A stretch of DNA of 64,000 bases, from positions 1-64,000 of the forward strand of contig CBFFRP010000295.1 of assembly GCA_965644295.1 (NCBI GenBank), given 5' to 3'. A program made the position numbers and the translations under genes. Positions 1-10,587 of the stretch are shown piece by piece. The notes under the pieces were generated by a model, which saw nothing but the letters and a program-made list of their open reading frames with translations, had not been told where the DNA came from and did not search any database. Numbering within the stretch: position 1 is the first letter of the stretch; every line of letters starts with the position of its first letter. The stretch comes from Paraphysomonas bandaiensis (taxonomy: Eukaryota; Protista; Chrysophyceae).

Positions 1-137
1 TATATATATATAATTATTTTTTTAAATGATTTTATATATTAAAAAATGTTTTATATATTTTTATAAAATTGTGGAGTTTTATTATTAAAATTAAGGGTTT
101 TTGTATAAATTTGTTTTCTTTTCTAATTATATATACA

Positions 138-401
138 ATGTTAATCGATGTAATTATTAAGTATAAAAAAAAAAGTGGCCCACTCTGTTTAGAACTCTTT
201 GAATCATTAGACCATTCTAAATTTACCGCTCGTAGTGTACAATTCTTTAAAGAAATAGACCATTCTAAATTTAACGCTCGTAGTTCTAACCCTAATTTGT
301 TTTGGCATGATTATACAATAAATATTAAAGACTTTGAAGAATTTGTCATGCATTTTGAAGATGTGATCGATGTAATTAATGTAAGAATAAAAAATTACTA
401 A
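138..401 (+). CDS. Small viral-type hypothetical protein (MLIDVIIKYKK...) with an internal duplicated DHSKFxARS motif
   Basis: Intronless ORF; ATG at 138 follows a TATATATA tract; lies inside the AT-rich viral segment. Confidence 0.45.
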   Translation: MLIDVIIKYKKKSGPLCLELFESLDHSKFTARSVQFFKEIDHSKFNARSSNPNLFWHDYTINIKDFEEFVMHFEDVIDVINVRIKNY

Positions 402-588
402 AATTAAGGTTTTTTAAACAAAATTGGGGGTTTTTATTTCTAAAATTAAGGGTTTTTATATAAATCAAGGTTTTTATATAAAAATTGGGATTTTGTCGTT
501 TTGTTTTAGCAAAATTGGGACTTTTCAAGATTTTAAATAAATATATGGGTTTCATATAAACTGAAAATTCTGTTGTACTCGCGAGTCG

Positions 589-624
589 GCCAGAAATATA
601 TTACAGCTGTAATATATTTCTGGC
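589..624. repeat. Perfect 36-bp palindrome GCCAGAAATATATTACAG|CTGTAATATATTTCTGGC
   Basis: Read directly; the half-site recurs at about 677-692. Confidence 0.9.
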
Positions 625-915
625 TGCATGTCTAAATGTGGGGTGTACAATCAATTGTTGTACTCACCTACACGGACAGAAATATATTACAGTGTATCAA
701 ATATCTCGATTAATGGTTTTTGTGTTGTTGTGTATGTTCTGTATGTTGTTTGTTTGTCTACGAGTATATATATGCATATATATATATTCATTGTCATTGT
801 GTATATATCATTGTGATATAATAAAGGAAATATGATGATGTCATTATGAGTGCATTTCAGGTATGTTGTCTTTGTTTGGTTGTATGTATCGTATTCGTTA
901 TATTCATTGTTATTG

Positions 916-1437
916 TTATGTAAGGGGTTCTTCTTCTTTTTCACAGGCATTTATGAAGACTCCGAATGCTTTATTCGCTCTTTTTATTCTTGCTTGTTTT
1001 GCTTCTTCCATTGTGTCGAAGCTTCCAATGTGGATTTTAATTCCATCTACTGTTATTGACGCTCGCCATTTCTTATCTCTTTTGTTATAACATACGCCTT
1101 TTACTCCACATTTGTTTGCTTTGCTTAATTTTTGGTTATATTGATTCTCTTTTGCGGTTGCCCATCTCAAATTATTAACATTGTTGTCTAATGTGTTATT
1201 ATTTATATGATCTACACAAGGCTTATTTTCTGGATTTGGTATAAACGCTATTGCAACTAATCGATGAATCTCAACTGTTTTTTGCTTTCTATCAACATAA
1301 AGACTGAGTCTATGGTAACCATCTCTATTTATAGTTTGCTTTAATATTCTTTCCGTATTGTTATTCTTTACATTTCCTTTGTTTGATACACTATAGTTAT
1401 TGTTGTATCCATCAATCACTTTCCATTCTTCAATCAT
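916..1437 (-). CDS. NUMOD4 + HNH + AP2-like homing endonuclease
   Basis: EEWKVIDGY..YSVSNKGNVKN (NUMOD4); HRLVAIAFIPNPENKPCVDHINNNTLDNNVNNLRW (HNH_3); GVKGVCYNKRDKKWRASI...IGSFDTMEEAKQAR (AP2-like). Confidence 0.9.
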   Translation of the reverse strand: MIEEWKVIDGYNNNYSVSNKGNVKNNNTERILKQTINRDGYHRLSLYVDRKQKTVEIHRLVAIAFIPNPENKPCVDHINNNTLDNNVNNLRWATAKENQYNQKLSKANKCGVKGVCYNKRDKKWRASITVDGIKIHIGSFDTMEEAKQARIKRANKAFGVFINACEKEEEPLT

Positions 1438-2611
1438 AGTAATAATATATATATAATAATTTCTTTTTAAACCATTTTATATATATTTTCAATCTGTTTA
1501 TGATTTTCTGCATTGAAAATGGCATTATTGCTTGTTTTGGGCTTTGTATAAATTGACATCTATATATAATATAGCATTACATTATTATATTCTATATTTA
1601 AATTAGAATTCAAGGTTTTATGAGTTTTTGCTTAAAGCTTCGCCATTATATCACTACAACTACATTCCAGAGCTTTAAGCATTGCCATTATACATTATTA
1701 TAAAAAAGTCATATAGATAACAAAGTAGATTTAATAAGTAGTTTTTATGGTAGAATCCCGGGGTTTTACAAACCTTACAAATTTAAATTATTTTTCATTT
1801 TAATTTTTCCCTCCCCCTATATCTACTATTAAATCTACTTATTAAATCTACTTTGTTATCTATATTACTTTTTATTATAAACATTATAAATAATATATAA
1901 AGTAATTAATTTTATTTAAGAATATAAATAATATATAAAGTAATTATAACTTATTAATAATAAGTTATAAGTTAAACTCACAAAGAGAAGGAATTACAAC
2001 CGAAGGTTGTAATTGGAAACACTCGAAGAGAAGAGGCCCCTTGAGGGGCATGTGGGGTAGAAAAAGGCTTGCCCTTGTCCCCCTCCCTTCGTTTTTTTAT
2101 GAGTATGATCCTCGTATACAAATATATGTCTCATAGTAATAATGATGCAAAGGAGCCAATAGTTACGTGCACCACCTACAGTTGACAGTGCTATACTTAG
2201 TAAGATATATCTTTTATCTATGATTAGCATAAAACCGTAGTATTATGGTTTATTAGTTTATTTGTGAAACGTGAAAACTATAATAGTAACATTCATTATC
2301 AATGGCATATTCTTTGTCATTTCAAAATTTCAAGACATTTATGTTAGGGTTTGAGTATTCATAAAAGAACGATATTCAATATTTACATTATACTAAATAT
2401 ATTGAATTGCGCAGTAATCATAATAAGACGTCCCTTGGAGTGAACAGTGCATTTACAGCTATAATATTGCACTAAACTCGCTTTTCGGCATTGCTATACA
2501 GCGTTACATAAAAACAACACCTCATCATTAAAAAAATTGTCTAACAAAAATATAATTAGTTTAATAAAAAAGTAGTAACCATAAATAACTAATGACATGT
2601 AAAGCACAACA

Positions 2612-3424
2612 TTACACATTTGTGGATTGTTCACGTAATATGCGTATTTGATAAGCAATAGAAGAGCTGTAAGATGATACATAACATAACCAGTTCTGAT
2701 CACTCTGAAAAGGAGTTTCGCCAGTGCTCTCCCAAAGTGTGATGCGCTTCACAAGGTCACTTAAATCTTTCTCCACCTTAGCTAAAAGTTTTTTTTCCAC
2801 TTGATATGTTACCTTTTTCTCGTCTGGAATTTCTTTTTGTCGGCGGAACCTAGATAGCTCCTTCACAGTTTTGGAGCGGCAAGACTCAGACAGGGCAAGT
2901 TGTTTCTCCAACTCAGTGATTCTACTGTCCTTCGATTCAATCTCAGCACTCAGCGCCTCCAACCGTTCTTTATACTGTCGACATTTGTTATCCCTGTTAA
3001 TTACCTTGCTTTCTAGAGCCTCCAACTTAGACGACGACGAGTTAACAACACCGCTGAGTTCTTTAATCTGCTGTTGTGAATCTGCTAAACATGTTTCTAG
3101 TTCATGTATAGTAGTGGATTGGCGTTTGATGATCCCTCTGAGCTCTAAGACCTGTTCCTTCCATTGATGATTCGAGAAGTCATATGAACTTGATTCATTC
3201 GGATACTTTTTCTTTCTTCCGTGTAATGTTTTTGTCCAATTAGATGGCATTGATAGTTTTATTTGATTATGAGATTTGTTTACTGAGCATACAGGACATG
3301 ACAAGCATACAGGACACGATACAGCCGGATACATGTGTTTATCGCCTATATCCTGCATTGCGGATCTGAATTGTAGTCTAACAGTATCTGCAAATGATTC
3401 CTGATCATCTGTATATAGTGACAT
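2612..3424 (-). CDS. Coiled-coil hypothetical protein with an N-terminal CPVCLSCPVC motif
   Basis: 270-aa intronless ORF with a heptad-rich middle; family not recognised. Confidence 0.5.
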   Translation of the reverse strand: MSLYTDDQESFADTVRLQFRSAMQDIGDKHMYPAVSCPVCLSCPVCSVNKSHNQIKLSMPSNWTKTLHGRKKKYPNESSSYDFSNHQWKEQVLELRGIIKRQSTTIHELETCLADSQQQIKELSGVVNSSSSKLEALESKVINRDNKCRQYKERLEALSAEIESKDSRITELEKQLALSESCRSKTVKELSRFRRQKEIPDEKKVTYQVEKKLLAKVEKDLSDLVKRITLWESTGETPFQSDQNWLCYVSSYSSSIAYQIRILREQSTNV

Positions 3425-3986
3425 GGTGTGATATTGACGGGATGTTGTATAGTTGGCAGTATATATATATGAACTTGACTGTGACTGTCATGCTATGAGC
3501 TCTGCTGCATGGTTCATTCGTAGCACTGTACATCTAGCGATATGAATGTATACCACAGTATACATAAGCGTATTTTTGCTGTGTGAATATACGGAATAGA
3601 ATACGGCGTACATACAGGTGCAAAGGAAGAGGACAATAGATGTGTCCCAATTAACAATTACACACTCACTGTTGCGCATTGAATCATCCCATGTGACCCC
3701 AAATACAAGGAATCATGAACATAGTTAACATATGAAATCGTGATATTCACCCTACCAAAACTAAGTTGATATGTGTGTTGAGTAATTATAATAACTGGAC
3801 TTCATTATTATAATGGCAACTTGTAGAATCCATAGCTCCTTTATTATTCACCCTTAGATAGTGTGCCTCTATCATATTTTCAAAAAGCTAAATGATTTAT
3901 AATATCAATGACTACTACTACGAAGTAATATATCATCTCTGATAACTTCAACTATATCAACATTCTTCTTCCAACCATTCTAACCG

Positions 3987-4288
3987 AGTTAACTTGTCAA
4001 TTTGTAACATACTAATCGCCAAGCATTAAACATCTTTGTTGTTTACCGCCATGTTGTTTAGAGGCTTCCTAAAGCAAAGAGGAAATTATTGATGTCATTT
4101 ATATCGTTTGGTTCTTCTTGAGTCAAGTATTAGTGTCTCTGCTCAAGGAAGCCTTTCTGAACAACATGGTAGTAAACACCAATGATGCTTACAACTAAAC
4201 GATTAGCATCTTAAAACTAGGAATTTTTCTTGTCGCGTTATTTGATAATGATATTGTATTAAATAATATCACAATTGACAAGTTAACT
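3987..4288. mobile_element. Putative MITE with TIR AGTTAACTTGTCAATT and an internal inverted repeat
   Basis: 16-bp terminal inverted repeats at 3987-4002 and 4273-4288; internal CCATGTTGTT..AGGCTTCC / GGAAGCCT..AACAACATGG. Confidence 0.5.
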
Positions 4289-4931
4289 AGGTCTTGTGTA
4301 TGTTGTCAAACATAACCTAGAAGTAAATTATACTTACTTTAATTTTCAAATTCTCGACAAAATTTTACAATAATATTGAAATATTATCAAAAGTTTGCAT
4401 GAAATGACTAGGATGACTATGTGCTTATGGTATTACCTAACCACCAATTAATGAAGATATTGAATTATTGTTTACTTTGACTAGGTTGAATACTATATCC
4501 CTAAATAGGATTTCCTTCCTTACCCAGATATTTATTTACACGGACTTGCTTATACTTTGCACGTTATATATATTACTTTCGGTATATAGTAGTTGCTTTG
4601 TTGCTTTATACTATATACTATAACATATTGATTGGAGTATATTGTGAGCTAGCATTAGAGCAACAATACTGATGTATTTGCTCCCTAGCTTTAGATTATA
4701 GCGTCAGTCACATACAAGTTACATGAACGGTTTGGTATTGCTGCCAGAGGAGATAGACCCCGGAAGAAACTTAAAATAAACTATAACTATGTCATCAGTG
4801 CCTACCAGTCATAAGCATAAAGCACTTGAGAGGGACTAGTAAAGAACAAAATACTGTGCAAGTTATGTAAGTATCTGATTAATTTGAGCAAGAGGAGTGC
4901 GCTAAAACAGTGACAAAACCATCCAATTCAT

Positions 4932-5635
4932 CTATGGGTTCTCCACAGGGAATTCAAAGGCAACGTCCTTGTGAGTAAGGCTGTTGTACACACAGGTGAA
5001 TGTATCGAGTTTGGTCTCAACATTGACCTGGTCCTTGGGGTCGAGATACACCTTGAGGGTCTTGGAGCCGTCCACCTTATGGCGAGTACGCTTGCCTACA
5101 ATCTCAGTGGGGTACACAATGTCCTCAAGGATCTGCTCGTGGACATGGGTAAGAGTCCTAGAGCGAGGGCGAGGACCCTTCTGGAGAGCAGAGCGGTTCG
5201 CGGTCTTGGGAAGGATGGTTCTCTGGGCGACAATAACAACGTGCCTTCCACTTAATAGGAAAATAAGACAAACACATCGAAGATGTATAACGAATTACCT
5301 GAACTTCTTCTCCAACTCACGTACAAGTCTGGACTGAATTTTGTGGAAATCTTTGAGTTGTCTGAAAGGGACGAAAATGACAATCGCCTTACGGCCACCG
5401 CCAACTTCCAACTCACGGGCAGCAGAGATATAAAGATCATGGAGATCCGCTTTCAATTCGTTAGCAGACATCTAATCACACATAAGTACAGTTATAACTT
5501 CTAATGAATAGAACATATAGTTAATGAATGTAATTTTCCCACCTCGAGGTTGAGAAGCTCCTGAGCTACCTGAGCTTCCAACTCATCTGGCTCTGCGCCA
5601 TTAGCTTTCACAATCTTTTGTCTACCAGCTATCAT
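4932..5635 (-). CDS. RPS7: 40S ribosomal protein S7 (eS7); exons 5635-5543, 5471-5299, 5250-4932
   Basis: Spliced translation [31 protein letters not shown]...[13 protein letters not shown]...[24 protein letters not shown]...[30 protein letters not shown]; GT-AG introns. Confidence 0.97.
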
Positions 5636-6162
5636 GTTGAACTAAAACACCACAATGAGATTAACTTATCTACTTATATAAATTACCCACCTTCTCCTCT
5701 TGCAAATTACTGACTCCAGTTAACTTAGTTAGGCCCTCTATATTATAGTTTCGAGTTTTTGGGTGGCAAAAGACATCATGCATTCACCACACACCACTCG
5801 AGAATATCTTGAATAGTTTTCAGTTTTCATTTTCATTGAAATATATATAGATATGATATTGTTTTTTTATGTATTGTTTAAAGTTTTGTTCTATTTTCTA
5901 GGGGTTTTTATGTATTGTTTATTATTTTAGGATATATAGCTGTAGATATGAACAAGTGTACTGCTGTGCGTACATATGCAGTGCGTATATTTCCACACCC
6001 AAAACAAGACATACAAAATCTTAAGCTCAAGAATATATACACACACAGTCATAGAGAAGATCACTCTTATAGTTCGAAGATAATTCATAGTTTATATTCT
6101 TCGTATTATCTTCACATAACAATGCTGTATTCTATCATATAATCGTATTATTATTATTAATT

Positions 6163-7019
6163 ATGGGCAATAAAGTATCGAATCCTGTGCCATCATACGA
6201 TACTGTCGCACAGTTATATTCCACTGATGAAATTGAAACCGCTAAATTAAAGTTTAAATCAATGTGGTATGTGATTAATCATACTAATGTATGGATATAA
6301 TGCATTCACTCACACTCCTATCAGTCATCAGGGACAAAATACTCTTCGATTAGAAAATTTTAAACAGGTAACTATTAAACAGAGACTATGGTAACATATT
6401 GTGGTAAGCTTTGTATTAGGTATCTAATGTGCATCCTTTAATACAAAGACGCCTCCTTCCACGCCTATTTGAAGTCATGGATTCTAAGAAAGAAAATGCT
6501 ATTGACTTTGAATCTTACTTTTGCACACTCTCATTGTTGCATCGAAGTACCGTCGATGAGATGGCTAAGTGTTAGTGTTTTTACTGTACCCTTACTTGGG
6601 ACTAATACATGTATTATATAGTCATATTTATATTATATGGGACCAGTAAGAGCTCGTCGCTACAAAGGTTGATGATATCTACTCTATTAGTTTCCGATCG
6701 TAAGCAGTTCACAATACAGGGATAATATTCGCGACCTCTTGATAGATTCCCATGCCTCTGTTATTGAAAGCAATGATGATCCAGAAGTTGTTTCACGTCG
6801 GTTGAAAGGTATGGCTGATATGATGGACGGCATGGTTAGTCTCGTTCTACTGCAGCACGCCTCGGTGCCAGATAAGCTCTCATTGTCAGAGTTCTGTGCA
6901 TTCGTAAAGGTATACTATCAAGATTACTTACATAGTTTTTCTCACGCTTCATTCAGCTGGACTCCAGTGTTCAGAATTTAATTAGTTTACTTCCACGCTG
7001 CCTCGGAGAAAATAAGTAG
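6163..7019 (+). CDS. N-myristoylated EF-hand protein (calcineurin B/NCS-like), multi-exon
   Basis: MGNKVS myristoylation-type start; LLPRLFEVMDSKKENAIDFESYFCTLSLL EF-hand; last exon LDSSVQNLISLLPRCLGENK*. Confidence 0.65.
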
Positions 7020-7327
7020 TTTTCTGTTAGTGAGTTGGCGAATCTAACATGGTGTACATATAGTGTAGACATTATATTTGATGTACTATGATATATAGTA
7101 TGATAATAAGAGGAATTTTGACATGGTTGGCCGAATTTTTTAATTTAGACCGAAACAGAACTATATAACCCTGAATTATGCGAACTAGTCAACATTCCAG
7201 AAGTTTATTTAATCTTTTATATGTGATACTTGATGAAAATGAATGACAACAAATTGCATATTATTCAACGACTATCTTATTATTATTCATAAAAAGAAAC
7301 TATTGTATAAAGATGTTTGATAACTAT

Positions 7328-9139
7328 TTATGTCATGAAACGTTTCAGTGCCCTCTGACCCGGTGGAAGATTGGATGTGGCTTCTTCTTGCTTTTGTGCC
7401 TTTTCCCTGGCCTCTTGTTGCCGTTTTAGTGCATCTCTCAGCTTGATCTACACACACTTGAATAAGTAATGTCAAGACAATGCGAATATATCTAACCGTT
7501 TGGGCGTCTATCACATTCTTCTGCTTACGACGTAGTTTAGCTGAAATTTTATTTCTTCCACGCTTTTTATCACGCTCCTGCGAAGTGTGAGCATAGGTCA
7601 AAAGGAAGAAGCAAAACATTTACCTTCTTTTCTATGACTTTAGCATTAGCATTGACAAATACATCTTGCTGCTCAACTCTCAAAGTGTCCTGATCCTTGT
7701 CAACTGTGCCCACAAAGGAAGCGTCTATACGACATATAAGTTTCATAAGATAGACACAAAAATATAATCTTACCGAGTCCAATCATTTCGTGGCTGAGCT
7801 TTGTCAATAGAGATTGGATCTCGCCTTCTCTCCTCTGTTTCGGGTTGGCATATGGATTGTTTTCAAACGTGTCAAAGTTCGCCTCTCCAGCTCCAGGAAC
7901 AACAATCGAACTCACCCCGTGGGAGTGACCAGCGACCAGTACGTCTTCAAATGGTCGGAACTTAACACTGTGTAGAGAGATACTGGACGCCAAGACCTTC
8001 TTCGAGGCCACAGCCCCTTCACCAGCGACTCTCGCACCAGTACATTTCACTTCGTGCTGCAAGTACGTGACATCCACCGGCCTGGTGAAGGCATCTTTCA
8101 GAATCTGTATCTCTCGCCCAACTGCCATGGCAATGAGGCCAGTATCACTAATGTCAAGGGAAACCGCTGGTCGCCTCGGTTTATAGGCATGAAGACAGCT
8201 GAATTTTCTTAGGTCCCAAACCTTCATGTATCCATCCAAACCAGCGGTGGCCATGTACCGGCCCTCTACGTCTACAGCAACATCCGTAACCGGACTTTTG
8301 TGACAGAACATGCTGACCAGGGCGCGCCCTGCCGCCGGGCTCCAGAGGGTTACGACGCCGTTGGCATGTCCTACATGAGAAACCGCATTGACAGGGTTGT
8401 GTTTGAGAACACGGGAAGGGCCGTGTCCAGTGGAATATCCAGCCACAAACTGGCCAGTCGACACATCATGCCACTTAATCCAGCCAGAGTGACCAATTGA
8501 TGTAAGCAAGAAGTGATAGGGGAGAAAGTCAAGCTTATATGGCCGTTCATGTCTACGCATGCAATGTAACTCCACTCCTTTGGCATCATATATATACGCA
8601 TATCTCTCCTGAGCTACCGCAAGGAAAGTTTCATTGTGAAGAAATTGGGCATCGTGCACATCTTGCTGTAGTTGAAGCTCCATGCCAACATTCATCTTAT
8701 GACAGTCCATAGTTGCCACGTGACCCTTAGACCCACAAAAAATCATATGGCGACCATTTCTGCTGTAACTCGCACGGTAAGGACCGAAATTCGTCAGTCT
8801 AAGGTCCATGATATTTCGCCCAGTATTACTATCAACATGCTGGCGGAGGTCCTTCTGTTTGAGTTTGAAGGTTTTAACGCCATTATCCATCTCAATGTAG
8901 CCAGCATCTGCAGGAAGGAGTACTTCCGTATCACCGGTGGCTTTGGCGGACTCAACAATCTGCTTATTAGTTTCTTCCAAAGTTTTGCGAAGCTTCTTGG
9001 GGGCATTTTTCTTTGGGCGAAAGTTTACAGTCCCGTGGGCATACTTTTCAATCATCTTCTTATTCTCACGCTCCACGGCACTCTGTTTATCTGTGCGAGG
9101 CCGCTTTCGACTCTTATTATTTTTCGATGGTTGCGACAT
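7328..9139 (-). CDS. WDR46: WD-repeat SSU processome protein UTP7/WDR46 (BING4)
   Basis: LLPADAGYIE, FGPYRASYSRNGRHM, LDFLPYHFLL, HVGHANGVVTLWSP, VPGAGEANFDTFENNPY..KQRREGEIQSLLTKL (BING4CT); 3' exons after short introns. Confidence 0.95.
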
Positions 9140-9187
9140 AGCTCTGAGTACAAAAAATAGTTCAGATACAGTACTAGCATATTGTGC

Positions 9188-9331
9188 ATATGTCAACATC
9201 CGCTACGGCCCAGACATTCATAATGATCCATTTTAGATCGAAATGCTGGGTGCTTTTAGAGTATGTTACTATACGCTACATCCAAATTCAGTACTCACAC
9301 AATATCAGAAAGTACCGCAGTACGTGCAGCG
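9188..9331 (-). ncRNA. Box H/ACA snoRNA, copy 5 (last 5'-UTR intron, acceptor AG at 9145-9144)
   Basis: Same fold; the intron ends TTTTTTGTACTCAG|AGCT-ATG. Confidence 0.82.
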
Positions 9332-9501
9332 AATCAAATTATAAACAGGTGGTGTACGTGTACGTGGTTTACTATACCTGCTGCTTGTTGAGGTAGAATC
9401 TTAAACCGGAGCTATCAAGAGAGATCTGTCAATTACTACATAGTCAGTACATATTACGCAAAATGAATAGTGTACAACTATAGAACTATAGCATATTGTA
9501 C

Positions 9502-9645
9502 ATATGTCAACATCCGCTACGGCCCAGACATTCATAATGATCCATTTTAGATCGAAATGCTGGGTGCTTTTAGAGTATGTTACTATACGCTACATCCAAA
9601 TTCAGTACTCACACAATATCAGAAAGTACCGCAGTACGTGCAGCG
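9502..9645 (-). ncRNA. Box H/ACA snoRNA, copy 4
   Basis: Same sequence and fold as copy 2. Confidence 0.82.
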
Positions 9646-9815
9646 AATCAAATTATGAACAGGTGGTGTACGTGTACGTGGTTTACTATACCTGCTGCTT
9701 GTTAAGGTGGAGTCTTAAACCGGAACTATCAAGAGAGATCTGTCAATTACTACATAGTCAGTACATATTACGCATAATGAATAGTGTACAACTATAGAAC
9801 TATAGCATATTGTAC

Positions 9816-9959
9816 ATATGTCAACATCCGCTACGGCCCAGACATTCATAATGATCCATTTTAGATCGAAATGCTGGGTGCTTTTAGAGTATGTTACTAT
9901 ACGCTACATCCAAATTCAGTACTCACACAATATCAGAAAGTACCGCAGTACGTGCAGCG
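9816..9959 (-). ncRNA. Box H/ACA snoRNA, copy 3
   Basis: Same sequence and fold as copy 2. Confidence 0.82.
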
Positions 9960-10129
9960 AATCAAATTATAAACAGGTGGTGTACGTGTACGTGGTTTAC
10001 TATACCTGCTGCTTGTTAAGGTGGAGTCTTAAACCGGAACTATCAAGAGAGATCTGTCAATTACTACATAGTCAGTACATATTACGCATAATGAATAGTG
10101 TACAACTATAGAACTATAGCATATTGTAC

Positions 10130-10273
10130 ATATGTCAACATCCGCTACGGCCCAGACATTCATAATGATCCATTTTAGATCGAAATGCTGGGTGCTTTTA
10201 GAGTATGTTACTATACGCTACATCCAAATTCAGTACTCACACAATATCAGAAAGTACCGCAGTACGTGCAGCG
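10130..10273 (-). ncRNA. Box H/ACA snoRNA, copy 2
   Basis: Same fold; basal stem variant GCUGCA/UGUAGC keeps pairing through G-U. Confidence 0.82.
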
Positions 10274-10442
10274 AATCAAATTATAAACAGGTGGTGTACG
10301 TGTACGTGGTTTACTATACCTGCTGCTTGTTAAGGTGGAGTCTTAAACGGGGCTATCAAGAGAGATCTGTCAATTACTACATAGTCAGTACATATTACGC
10401 ATAATGAATAGTGTACAACTATAGAACTATAGCATATTGTAC

Positions 10443-10587
10443 ATATGTCAACATCCGCTACGGCCCAGACATTCATAGTGATCCATTTTAGATCGAAATG
10501 CTGGGTGCTTTTAGAGTATGTTACTATACGCTACATCCAAATTCAGTACTCACACAATATCAGAAAGTACCGCAGTACGTGTAGCAT
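10443..10587 (-). ncRNA. Box H/ACA snoRNA, copy 1 (5'-most)
   Basis: Hairpin 1 GCUACA..CGGUACU/AGUACUG..UGUAGC; H box AUAGUA; hairpin 2 AACAU..CCCAGCAUUUCGAUC/GAUC..GAAUGUCUGGG..AUGUU; ACA box followed by UAU; about 145 nt; intronic. Confidence 0.85.

Larger units (their letters stand above)
1..2098. mobile_element. Right part of an endogenous DNA-virus (Polinton-like/NCLDV-like) segment, cut by the window start
   Basis: Very AT-rich, intronless short ORFs with TTTAAA...TATATA..ATG upstream context, and an HNH-AP2 endonuclease. It ends in hairpins plus CCCCCTCCCTTCG-T7 at 2098, resembling the terminus of the element at 31559. Confidence 0.65.
9175..10587. repeat. Tandem array of about 314-bp units (about 4.5 copies), each a 5'-UTR mini-exon plus snoRNA-bearing intron of WDR46
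   Basis: Near-identical units with a period of 314 (one of 313), starting about 35 bp upstream of the WDR46 ATG. Confidence 0.97.

Noticed and set aside
9184-10404. Repeated plus-strand ORFs MSTSATAQTF... as a tandem gene family
   Set aside because: They are antisense shadows of the snoRNA/exon unit; stops and a frameshift differ between copies and the composition is not protein-like.
9175-10587. Array as CRISPR, 5S rRNA, tRNA or spliced-leader cluster
   Set aside because: No unique spacers, no cas genes, no 5S or tRNA motifs and no clear Sm-site layout; H/ACA architecture fits better.
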